Source of the DNA: Octopus vulgaris
Lineage: Eukaryota
Reading direction: 5' to 3'
NCBI GenBank assembly: GCA_951406725.2
Contig: OX597816.1
Location: 1,302,001-1,366,000, forward strand
Length of the DNA: 64,000 bases
Position 1 is the stretch's first letter. Every line of letters begins with the position of its first letter. The notes beneath the pieces are model-generated. The model saw only the letters and a program-made list of their open reading frames with translations. It made no database searches and was not told the DNA's origin. Shown one piece after another: positions 51,825 through 63,686 of this stretch. The translations under genes and the position numbers were made by a program.

Positions 51825-54080
51825 TTATTATTATTATTATTATTATTTCTTTTTATCACAGGTTTTGTTAGAACTCCTGGAGTCTTGCATGCATAGCAGG
51901 CTTGCTACCTGCAGCCTACGATACCATGCTATTCATTCTTTTCAGCTAATACTTTCCTCAGTATTCTAGCCATGCCAAGGAGACAAACCTTTTGTAACAG
52001 TTCCACAGGGCACTCTATTCCAATTTCCTTTATATTCTTCTTGGTGCCTTCTGATTCTATTCCCAAGGACTCAACAATAATTGGCACTATCTTTACCTTC
52101 TTCATTTTCCATTGCTGGGCTATTTTGTACTTAAGAGGGTTGTATCTATCTGTCTTTTCACCTTCCTTCTTGACTATTCATGGGTCAAAGGGGCAACTAA
52201 CATCAACTACATAGCATATGTGGTGCACTTTGTCAATCACCACTAGGTCTGGTCTGTTATGTTCTAGCACCTGATCCCAGAGGATTTTGCTAGACTCCAA
52301 TTCTGCCATTCTCTGCAATTTGTTCACATACCTTGTCTTGCCTCTCTCTAGTCCCCACTTTTCTAACAATTTCCAATGTAGCACTTTTGCTACCTGATTA
52401 TGTCACCACAACTTGTAGTGGTTTGGGGTACGTCTAGGGCATTCATTTGTGATATGGGCAATGGTTTCATCCACTCTATTGCAGATGCAGCACAACAAAG
52501 ACTTGCTCATTCCTCAGGTTGACCCTCCCGTTCGTGACCAGAGCTTGGTCCTGCACTGCCAGAATACTGCTCTCGGTCTCTTTTTTTAGGGTTCCTTTCA
52601 TCAGCCAATCTCAGCTATTTTTTCCAGCAACTTCTTTTGTTGCTACATGGAATTGATTATGTGGTCCCTTCTTGCGTACTTCTTCTTCACGTCCTTTTTG
52701 TACTTCTTTCTTTGTTTTCCCTTTTTTCTTTTCTGCTCTCAATACTTCCTCGTTCCTCTCACTAGAAAGGTTTCTTTACTTTGGGCCAGCTATCTCATTA
52801 AGCTCTCAAGTTCGATATGCACGCAGTCTTCCACACTTATCAGTCCCCTTCCTCCAATCGTTCTCTTCCTATATGGGTGATCAATGTCTGAACGTAGATT
52901 ATCGGCTCCATGCATCGATAGGAGCTTTCTTGACTTCCTGTCCATCTCCTTTAGCTCCTTCTCTGTCCAATTCAGGATGCCAGCACCATAACAAATTGCT
53001 GTGACTGTGCATGAGTTTATTGCCGAAATTATGTTTCTGGCTTTCAGCTTTGAAGTCAACATTTTTCTCACTCACCACAGGTACTCGCTTTTTGTCTTTT
53101 CCTTCATGTTGTAGTGTTTGATTCCATCTGCCTCGAGTATTCCCAGGTATTTATTAGCTGGATTGAGGTTGAATTTCTTTCATCATTTTACCACTTTACA
53201 GCCACATGCCTTCTGTCCTGGCAAACTTTCCTCATCTCATCACCATCGTAGCACATTTTGAGAGCCCAAACTCCATCTTGATATCATTGGAGAAAATCCA
53301 CACAGACTGGACTAGGCTGTCCAGTTCTGCCTCATTTTTTGTGAATAGCTTCAGGTCGTCCATGAATAGCAAGTGGTTTAGTTTTCCCTCCCAGGTCATA
53401 CCCCAACTTTGTTTCCTGTAGTATTTCACTCAAGGGGATCATTTCCTGCACGAAGATCAGTGGGAACAGATTATCCCAGTGGAAGATTCCCCTTTTGATT
53501 TTCATCTCACCTCCTAATACTTGATTCCCTGCTGTCAATTCCATTCTCCACCATTTCATACTGTTCCATTTAAGGCTTCTCATATTCTCTGCTACTCCAG
53601 ACATTTCTATTGTTCTTATTATCCAGGAGTGTGCTATCATATCATATGCTTTGCAATAATCAACCCATGCCACAACCCATGCCATGCTCAGATTTATGTG
53701 TCTTCTCTTCCAATTCCTGATAATTTGAATTATCAATCAAGAGCTGATCTTTCGTTCCTCGGCTCCTTTTTTTTTTTTTGGCACCCTTTCTGTTCAATGG
53801 GTAGCAGCCCCTTTTTTTTCCAAGTATCTGTACAGTTCACTGGCCAAAGCATCTGACATTAGTTTCCATATTAGCAGAAGGCTTGTTATTGGTCTAAAGT
53901 TGGATGCAGCATTTCCCTTTCCAGGATCCTTAGCACATAACAATGTCTTTCCCTTTCTCATCCAGCCTTCCTACCATGCCTTCCTGCAAGCACTCATTTT
54001 GCTGTTGTGGTTCTTTACATTCTCTTTGTTCTTTTCTTTTGTATCCAACTCTATCTGCAGCAACCATAGCTGCAGCCCAA
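51490..54080 (-). mobile_element. R4/Dong-like non-LTR element (51848-54080) plus a second fragment (51490-51750)
   Basis: WVDYCKAYDMIAHSWI, RGIFHWDNLFPLIF, NHLLFMDDLKLF, MEFGLSKCA, GGRGL, CCHC, RPDLVVIDK; 3' end at (ATT)n 51772-51846. Confidence 0.92.
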
Positions 54081-54287
54081 ATATTATCATTATTGTTGTT
54101 GTTGTTATTATTATTCATTCATTCATTCATTCTGAGTTCAAATTCTGCTGAGGCTGACTTTGCCATTCATCCTTTCAGGGTTGATAAATAAATACCAGTT
54201 GATCACTGGATGTGTGTGTGTGTGTGGGGGGGGTAATCGACCTAGTCCCTTCCCTGAAATTGCTGGCCTTGTGCCAAAATTTGAAAC

Positions 54288-54335
<48 letters not shown>

Positions 54336-54517
54336 GACATACTAAAAATGTATTTGAGGTGGAGTTGAAAAAAGCTGATGTTTAAATAAATAAGTACCAA
54401 ATCTTCACCCCCCCCCCCACCAGTGGGATGGACAACACCTACCCAATTATCAGCATTAAGGGTATTCTGTATTAGTGTTCCCTGTACTCTATTTATAAGG
54501 AAAGAGGGTTTCTCATA

Positions 54518-54555
<38 letters not shown>

Positions 54556-55869
54556 AACACACAGACATGTATATATGTGTGTGTGTGTGTGTGTGTTAAT
54601 CTTAGACGAGACGAAAGTGCATGTTTTCCTCCTTTCACATATGTTTCCCATTATTCACCAGAATAATCTCCATGTTCTGTCGTTCAAGCAAGCATATCGC
54701 AATCATGCTCAATTAATTTTCATTAATTAAAATTTTCAAGGTTGTCTCCTGCTATTTTGTTAATTTTGTTTTTTAAGAATTTGACGATTCTGTTAACGAG
54801 TTTGATCTCAGCACTAAAACGTGCTAAACTTAATTAAGTAACCTATTCGTTATTATATTTCTATAGATACATCCTGAGTTTTAATTAATTAATTTTGAAA
54901 ATACTGAAAAGTTTAGTAAAATAATTATGACGTTATTAATCCTTTTCATTACCATATTGTTGGTTATACACACTGCCTTCCTTTCAAGACATCTAAAATG
55001 CTAAACATTTTGTAATAATAATGACAATGATGATGGTGATGATGATGATGATGATGATGATTCCAACAACAGCAATAAAGATCAGAAAAATATTAAAGAA
55101 AAACTGGCAAGCGTTTTGTCCAGTTTATCAACGATTATTTTAGCAGCTGAATTTAGGGCTGTTTCTATAAATCTATTATTTGTTAGTAGAGTTCATGTGT
55201 ACAGTTATGGTAGCCAAGCTAATGAGGGGAGGCCACCAGATGGATGTGGTTGATTTACTAAGAACAACAGCTAAATATCCCTTAAATCTGAAAAAGGGGG
55301 ACAGGAGTACTTTAGAGATAATAATAGTCCTAAATGCAGCACTGTATTTATGTGAAAGGCTGGATGGTTCAAGCTAGTTTTTTGGAACATCATCATCATC
55401 ATCATTATCATCATCATCATTTAATGTCCATTGTCCATGCTGGCATGGGTTGGACGGTTTGACTGGGGCTGCCACATAAATTGAAATTTTAATATGAGGC
55501 CAAAATTTGAAACAATATTGTTGTTATCATTATTATTATTATGAAGCCACTGTTTAAAGAAACAATTAAAAATGAAGGATCAACTGTTATATTTTATGAG
55601 CAAATATAAATCGTGGGATCATCCACAGAATTCTTTAGCATCATAAGATATTAGTTTTGGTTCTCTTATAATGAATTCAGGAATGGTCAGTGTGGTAGAG
55701 CTGCCACCACCTTTGTCCAGTTTGAATTTAACCCTGCAGATAACAAAACACTCACCTGTTATACAGTGCTCCCACTGCTCACAGCAATGAGCCACACAAC
55801 TATTAAATGATAGTTGGGATGCAACTAGGTAGGGAACAGTCCAGTTCTCTGGCCATGGTCACAACATAC

Positions 55870-56222
55870 TTTGTCTTTTAGCTGTAGGTCTTCCTCTGTT
55901 GCTCAGAACATTTGGTGGCAAGCTGCTTCCAAGCCATTCTGTCACTTACATCACTTGCACATCCATTCCATGTAATATTGACTGTCTTCTGATCCTTTTG
56001 AAATGGTCCCTCCTGAGGGATCTTCAGCCTCTTCCTTTGATGCCTGATGTCAGTTGGTACCCAAGTTATGGCTGTCTTCAAGTGCCATTGATTGTCGAGA
56101 CAGAGAATGTGACCAACCAGTCAGAACAAATCGATTGACTTCTGGCTCAATACCTTTTGATATTGATATTGGCAGCTACCATTTCTCTTTGGTGTATTTG
56201 GTACAGCAATCATTTAGAGAGC
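55870..56222 (-). mobile_element. Old RTE-like LINE 3' fragment of another lineage
   Basis: AITWVPTD...ITWNG...SDRMAWKQLATKC terminus; 5' end abuts (TA)n. Confidence 0.6.
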
Positions 56223-56246
56223 AGAGTATATATATATATATATATA

Positions 56247-56615
56247 TGATAGGTTGTTAGCCACTACACATTTTTTTTCTCTCCTTGTTTCTTTCTGTGT
56301 TCCTTTCTGTGACCCTTTCTGTAGAAGAGCGTAGGCTTGAAACGTAAAAGACTTTTTCAATTCCTGAGCATTATGCTAATACATCTGTTTATTTTGTACT
56401 CCACCTGTCTTCGTCTTTTGTTTTTTTCGTGAATTTTCCCTATATATATATATAAATGAAAGAATGGAGTCAAACAACGATTTTAGCAAAATTCCTTTAC
56501 TCTCGACACATGTTTCGAAGGCTGCATATTCCTAATTCCGAAGGAATAAAGGGTGCATTATGCCGGCATCTCATCAGGAAAGACAAGGAACTTAGGATAA
56601 TTCATTCACCTTCTT
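56247..56615. mobile_element. Two short pLTR-like elements in a (TA)n cluster (56247-56440 +, 56455-56615 -)
   Basis: First: gaagagcgtaggcttgaaacgtaaaag hammerhead-like remnant; second: intact hammerhead core on the minus strand; each bounded by TA runs. Confidence 0.6.
56500..56582 (-). ncRNA. Type I hammerhead ribozyme motif
   Basis: Stem I ctttc/gagag, CTGATGA (56571-56577), long stem II, GAAA (56513-56516), short stem III, GTC site (56505-56507). Confidence 0.6.
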
Positions 56616-58364
56616 ATATATATATATATACATACATGGTTTGAGTTCCATGGGAAGATTTGATATTTTTGTTGAGTACAGCAATGACCATGTGGGCAAA
56701 CCATTCATTTCTAAACTATGTAGTTTTGAGTTCAATCACACTGCACAGCACTTTTGGACCTTAGTCTTGGACCTTAATCTTATGAGAGAAATTGGGTGGA
56801 TGAAGACCAAGCCAATGAAGTCTGTTAAATGGATTCTGCTTGTTTTGGAAGTGTTGGTCTTCATCCATCACCCAGTTTAACGCCACTACAACTCAGTCCA
56901 TTTAGTTGAAGACCTTTGATCTAAGTTTCTGGTTTATTTTACCCTATCAGTCTCAGTTCTTACCCCAAAATTGGTTGTAGGAGTTGTCTTTTCTCATCTG
57001 ATTAAGTCATTAAAAAAACTTTGATGCTACCAGCTGCAAAATTAATTAATAGATAAAGAAAAACAATCCAATTAAATTTTTTCATTTTTTTCTAGAACAA
57101 ACAAATTTGAAAATTTTAATGTGAGAGGTTTTCATGATGAAGTAAAGGTTAAAGTTGTGTGTGTGTGTGTGTGTGTGTGTGTATACTTTTTCTATACATG
57201 TGTGTATGTGTTTGTTTCAACAAATACTCTACATTTAAAGAATGTCTCCAATAAAAGTAGTTTGCTCATCGTTGAAGGGGTGAAGTTTCCTTTCTTGACT
57301 TCCTCAGGAAATAAAGGAAAGCCTTCAAATAAAGAACCGGTTGATATTGGAAATATCTGTAGACAGTCAGTTCCTGTAAAGTTATTTTAAGAACTAAGCA
57401 GCAACCATCATAAAAACCATTTCACTATTTTCTTTATCGTTCGGATTTCATAATTAACATTTTTCTCTCTATTATGTCTTTGGTCCCTTTATTAACCGCA
57501 TTCTACAAAATAAAAAAAAAAAGCAGGGGGATGAGGGAGGTAAAAGAACAACCACTTCTTAGTCTGTCCTACATAATTTTGTTCCAACCCAGTTATTCTT
57601 GTGTATTTTTTCTGTTTTTGCTCATCCCCTCATCATGCGCCCCACACAGTTTAAGAAAGTGCCACTGAAATGCTGCATACATCTGTTTGGACCTGAGTAG
57701 TAAACGCCTGTCCTCGCCTCTCAAAAACTGAATTGCACTTTTGTTTTCTTCATCTTATATACCAACCTACATTCTGGTTTTTATTATATACATCCAAACT
57801 ATAATTAAGGAAAGTGCTTATTAATTAGTTTTAAGTGTGCAACTTTTACTAAAAGAAAACAATTATTAAAGTCTACACTATCTAGAAATTTCTTAAAATT
57901 TCCAATTTTGATATATTTTTCATCAAAATGTGGTTTTCAACTTCTTTTATTTATAAAGACTTTTATCACATGATTCAACTACAAAACTAATTTTTATTCC
58001 TTGCAACATTGTCATCTTGTACTGCAAGACAACATTTTTTAATGTCTCTGTTTATATTCCTTTTGTTCAAAGTGATGGCATGACTGTAAGTTGAAGAGAT
58101 TCCAAACTTTTGGACTTTTGTGAACTGGCTGACATGTGTTGAGACTCTGCTAATGCTTTTATAAGACATGGATTCTATATCATTGGAACATTGTTTTGTC
58201 TTCCTCCTGTTCTGCATACAAAGAAGCCAGTCAGCCGAGAGGCACTCTTGATTGCCAAACGATAGAGACATGGATTAAATATCTAAGAGACTGAAACGAG
58301 AAAAGCTTAACAAAGTTGAAACTTTTGCTAATGAGGTAATTTCTGATTTGCAACATAACTGGAA

Positions 58365-58797
58365 ATGCAGGTGTGATTGTGGGGTTAAGAAGTTTGCTTC
58401 GCAACCAAATGGTTTGGGGTTCAGTCCCACTGTGTGGAACCTTGGCAAAGTGTTGTTTACAATAGCACCAAGTTCACCAATGCTTTGTAGAAGAATTTGG
58501 AAGAGGGAAACTAGGTGGAAGCCCATTGTATATATATATTTATATATGTATATGTGAGTGGTGTGTGTGTGTGTGTGTGCATGCACGTGCTGCCTTGTGT
58601 TTGTGTTTGACTTCACCATTTGAAACCAGAGTTGGTTTGTTTATATTCCTAAGACTTATTGGTTCAGTAAAAAAAGATTACTGGAAATAGAATCAGGCTC
58701 ATAAGCATTGGACAAAACACTGAGGTCAGAAAATGGAGCAACTCTGAGCAATAAGAGAGAATATATATAGGCAGATGTAGATAGATAGAAAGATAGG

Positions 58798-58859
<62 letters not shown>

Positions 58860-59152
58860 TAGACAGATAGATAAATAGACAGACAGATAGATAGGCAGAC
58901 AAATAGGCAGGCAGACAGACAGACAGATCTCTGTGTGTGAAGGTATCCTTGTGTTTGTTTGTCCAAGGACCACTTGATAACCAATGCTGGTTTGTTTATG
59001 TCCCCATAACTTTGTAATTCAACCAAAGAGTCTGGTGGAATAAGTACAAGAATAAAAAAAAGGAAAAAAAGCCCCTGGATGAATTTGATCCACAAAAACC
59101 CTTCAAAGTGGTGCCCCAACATGGCCACTAGCAGTCATTTGACTGAAACAGG
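58365..59152 (+). mobile_element. tRNA-SINE family A plus CR1-type tail segments, split by (GATA)n/(GA)n/(GACA)n
   Basis: Head ggggttcagtcccactgtgtggaaccttggcaaagtg; tail ggtgccccaacatggcc...gactgaaac; related tails at 40480-40660(-) and 60890-61100(-). Confidence 0.75.
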
Positions 59153-59514
59153 CCAAAGAATTAATTAGTAAGCTAACTAATCTATTCTAATTAGTTCAGC
59201 CAGAGACTTAACTCTCTTCTAAAAAACAAAATCATTGCAACTATTTCTCAGCAGTGAAAGGGACCCAGTGACCCCCTTCCCCCACACACCACTCCTTAAA
59301 ACTCCCACCGAAAGAGATAAAGGGCAACAGGATATACAACCTGGAACCCCACCTTTTTTTTTTCATTATTGTGTAAGATGAGAACAAATATTTCGTTGTT
59401 GTTGTTGTTGCTGCTGTTGTTGTTGTCGTTGTTGTGGCTATGATTGTTGTTTTTGTTGTCCCTAACCATCATTTTCGCTTGAGCAAACTGAAGATGAAGA
59501 CTCTCCAAAAAATA

Positions 59515-59625
59515 AGTGCGGTGGTGGTGGCGGTTGCAGTGGTGGTGGTGGTGGTGGTGGCGGTGGTGGTGGTGGCGGCGGCGGTGGTGGTGGCAGTGGT
59601 GGTGGTGGCGGTGGTGGGTGGAGGT
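59515..59625. repeat. (GTG/GCG)n microsatellite
   Basis: Direct sequence. Confidence 0.9.
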
Positions 59626-61260
59626 AATTCTAATGATATTTGGATTATGTTGTCCAATGTGTCCTCTCATTCTTAATACGATTGTGTGTAAATTGGGTGA
59701 GATTTAGCTGATATTTCTGCCAGTTGAGCCGGCATGTATTAGACAATTACAGTTTGTCTGGGATCAATAAAAGTCCCTAAATTCAACTTTATCAACAGTT
59801 GCAGACTGTCTCAGCCTCATCCACAGGATAGAAATGTTGATAAAAGTGTGTTTGTTGTTGTTGTTATTGTTTGTGGTGGTGGTGGTGCTTGCGTGGGCAG
59901 CAGCGTTTGTGGTGGTGGTGCTAAGAAACTCTGCATAGTGTTTTTAAATAGTTTTGTTAGTGTTTGTGGCCTGACAACACCATCGGTCAGTTGATGTTGT
60001 TTAGCCCTAGGCTAGGCCTGATCTAGCAGTAAATCTATAATCAAACATAAACCAGCCTTGACTATGTTGTCCATGTGTGACTACTACACTGCATAATGTG
60101 TCCTTCCTATTTTAAGATGGTAAAGTGCAATTTGACAGACTCTGACTGTTATTTCTAGCAGATCAAACTACATGCTGTTGAGGCCCCTTCTTTGGGTTTT
60201 AGCAGAAAATTGTGTTGGTTTTCTGAGGAGCAGAAGAGAGACATTGTTTATGATGAAGAAGACAATAGGTGATGATGATGATGATGATGGCAGGAAGGAG
60301 GAGGGGGAATACTAAGGCAACAATGATTATGATGATGATGATAATGAAGATGAGGAGGAGGAAGGAATTACAACAATGATGATGATGACAAAGATGTTGA
60401 TGATGATGACAATGATGATGACAACGATGGTGGTGGTGGTGGTGGTGATGACTAATCGTATTTTCATTTACATTGTTGCTGTTTTTTTCTTTCTTTTTTT
60501 TTTTTCCTGTTGTTGTTGTCTTTTGGCTGTTATTCTTTGTATTTTTGTTCTGTCTATTTTCGTTTTTTTTTTCTTTCTTATTTATTGTGGTTCTTGTTGT
60601 CGTTTCTGTCATTAAGAAAAGAAAGAAAGAAAAGAGCAAGAGGCAGGAGTGGCAGCTAGAGGCAGGAGTGGCATTCACGTCAACACACTTGAAAGTTTTT
60701 TGCTGAAATTGGCCAAGTTTGAAACATATGGAAAGCTTTGACACTTCAAAGCATCTTGGAAAAATATTTGGGATAAAAATGTCTATATTTAGACTCTCTT
60801 AAACAGGAGGAGGACACACAAATACTGTAGACACACAGACACACAGGCACACACACACACACGTGTGTGTGCATAAATATATATCTTTTATCATCTATTT
60901 CAGTCATTTGGCAGTGGCCATGCTGGGGCACCACCTTGAAGGGTTTTTAGTTGAAAAAAATCAACCCCAGGACTTGTTTTTTTTAAAAATTCTGGTACTT
61001 ATTCTATCGTTCTCTTTATGCTGAATCGCTAAGTTATGGGGACATAAACAAACTAACACTAGTTGCTAAGCAGTGGAGTGTGGGGGACAAACACAAACAC
61101 ATAAACATGTGTGTGTGTGTGTTGGCTATTGAGTTGTTTTGACTCTTATTTCTAGCAATACTGGTACTGATTAGTGTCCTTGTTCACTTTAGAGACGTAT
61201 ATATTTCTGCCTTTGGGTTGTAAAATTGTGAATTAGCAACTCATATTATATATATATATA

Positions 61261-61717
61261 TGGTGGTTGGTGGGAGTCTACTTATGCAGAGTCTGACCAC
61301 CTCTTGTACCTACACCTTGGATCCATCATGGCATCTGATGTGGCTTTTTAAACCAGACAGTGTATTGAAAAGACACTCACATGGAATGTATAACCGATTT
61401 GGACCAGCAAGAGCTGCAATTAAGTTCTGATCTTTGTGGATCTTAAAATGTCTTTTGAGGCCTCTGTTAGATCTGCAGACCTTATGGCATACACGACATT
61501 GAAAGGTATGCGCAGACATATAGGCAGAATAGTTGGTGGAGGCTCGTTTTCCATGGGTTCGCAAATGAGATTTGAGCCCAGCAAAAGAAAGGCATGGTCT
61601 GTCACAAACTGTGCACTCAAAAAGGTCATTGTGATTCACCTTCTCGATCGGAACATTCTTCCTTAAATCTCTTTTGAGTCTTGCATGCGTTATCCTCGCC
61701 TCTTCAAATGCTTTCAT
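61261..61717 (-). mobile_element. 3' end of a BovB/RTE-like LINE with tandem C2H2 fingers
   Basis: AFEEARITHARLKRDLRK then CTVCDRPCLSFAGLKSHLRTH, CRVCHKVCRSNRGLKRHFKIH and a decayed third finger; short 3' UTR ending ccaaccacca; (TA)n at both ends. Confidence 0.65.
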
Positions 61718-61729
61718 ATATATATATAT

Positions 61730-63280
61730 ATCATCATCATCATCATCATCATCATCATCGTTTAATGTCCGTTTTCCGCGCTAGCATGGGTTGGACGGTT
61801 CGACCGGAGTCTGTGAAGCCAGGGCTGCACCAGGCTCCAGTCTGATCTGGCAGTGTTTCTACAGCTGGATGCCCTTCTTAACGGCAACCACTCCGCGAGT
61901 GTAGTGGGTACTTTTTACGTGCCACCTGCACAGGTGCCAAGGTGGGGTCTGGCATCGGCCATGATCGGATGGTGCTTTTAACGTGCCACCGGCACGGAAG
62001 CCAGCCATGTTCGGATGGTGCTTTTTATGTGCCACCGGCACAGAAGCCAGTCGAGGCGGCGCTAGCAACGGTCACGTTCGGATGGTGCTTTTTATGTGCC
62101 ACTGACACAGGTATCACAACTACTAATTCCATTGATATTTGTTTCGATGTTCATGTACATGCACTTGACTCAACAGGTCTCCTCAAGCACAGCGAGACGT
62201 TCCGGGATCCAAGGTACTTTGAATGGGCAGGGGCTATGCGGAACTGGAGCCGGAAGCATCCCGGGTCTTTGTAGTCACAGCACATCTCCAGAGATCTTGG
62301 TTCTTCGCCATTGCCTCAGTGAGGCCCAACGCTCTGAGGTCATGCTTGACTACCTCATCCCATGTCTTCCTGGGTCTACTTCTCCCCCGATTCCTTCAAC
62401 TGTTTGGGAGTGGCACTTCTTCACACATCTCTCCTCATCCATCCGCAGTACATGACCATACCATCGCAAGCGTTGCTCTTGCACACCGCATCTGATGCTT
62501 CTTATGTCTAGCATTTCTCTCAGAGTGCTTACACTCTGTCGTGAGTGCACACTGACATTACACATCCAGCGGATCATGCTAGCTTCATTTCTTTCAAGTC
62601 TACGCATGTTCTCTGCAGTCATGGCCCATGTTTCACTGCCGTGAAGCATGGCAGTTCGCACACATGCATCATACAATCTACCTTTCACTCTGAGTGAGAG
62701 ACCCTTTGTTGCCAGTAGGGGTAGGAGCTTTCTAAACTTTGCCCAGGCTATTCGTATTCTAGTGATGACACTCTCTGAGCATCCACCTCCACTACTAACT
62801 TGGTCACCCAGGTAGTGGAAACTATCAACTACTTCTAGTTTCTTCCCCTGGAGTGTGATGGAATCTGTTTTCTGAGTATTTGTGGTGTCTATTGTCCCTG
62901 TGCATCTGCCGCAGATGAAAGCTATCTTATCAGTTAATTTCCCTTTGACGTTGCTGCACCTCTTATGCGTCCATAGCTTACACTGGGTGCATCTTATGGA
63001 GTTTCTACCTACACCTTTCCTACCGATTGAGCAGGGCCACCTGCCCAATGGGGTGTGTGCTGAGTTTGCCTTTCTGCTTACTATAACTTTGGTCTTCGCT
63101 ACATTTATTCTAAGGCCCTTTGATTCTAACCCTTGTTTCCACACCTGAAATTTCTTTTCTAGTTCCAGTAGTGATTCTGCTATGAGAGCCAGGTCATCAG
63201 CATAGAGGAGCTCCCAGGGGCAACCTGTTTTGAATTCCTCTGTTATTGCCTGGAGGACTCTGTTATTGCCTGAATTCCTC
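61730..63280 (-). mobile_element. Longest RTE-clade LINE copy (5'-truncated)
   Basis: 310-aa ORF 62350-63282 with ELLYADDLALIAE, PHD-like insert, SFHYLGD, RLRWYGHV; 4-unit 3' array; (CAT)n; TA runs both ends. Confidence 0.96.
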
Positions 63281-63295
63281 ATATATATATATATA

Positions 63296-63507
63296 TAAAT
63301 ATATACCCTCCAGCCTTCATCAGGTGTCTTGGGGGAAATTTCAAACCTGGGTTCTCATATCTAAGGTATTTTTCTATGTTGTTGTTATTGTTATTGTTAT
63401 TATTATTATTATTATTCAGGTCACTGCCTGGAATCGAACTCGGAATCTTGGAGTTAGTAGCCTGCACTCTGAACCACTATGCCATATGCCCGTGGGCATA
63501 TGGCATA
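63296..63507 (-). mobile_element. tRNA-headed element carrying the 5' half of a hammerhead
   Basis: A box tggcatagtgg, B box gagttcgattcc, (AAT/AAC)n linker, then ccccaagacac-CTGATGA-aggctggagggtatat; 5' palindrome 63478-63507. Confidence 0.75.
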
Positions 63508-63544
63508 TTTCCAAAGTGTGAGGAATATTTAAGGACATTTAATT

Positions 63545-63686
63545 GGCGTTAGGAAGGGCATCCAGCTGTAGAAACACTGCCAGATCAGATTGGGGCCTGG
63601 TGCAGCCTCCTGGCTTCCCAGTCCCCAGTCGAACCATCCAACCTATGCTAGCATGGAAAACGGACGTTAAACAATGATGATGATGA
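63545..63686 (+). mobile_element. Short RTE 3' tail
   Basis: ggcgttaggaagggcatccagctgtag...ggacgttaaacaatgatgat; possible aattg TSD. Confidence 0.85.

Noticed and set aside
63419-63492. tRNA gene
   Set aside because: A and B boxes present but no convincing acceptor or anticodon stems; continuous with a repeat body, so treated as a SINE-type head.
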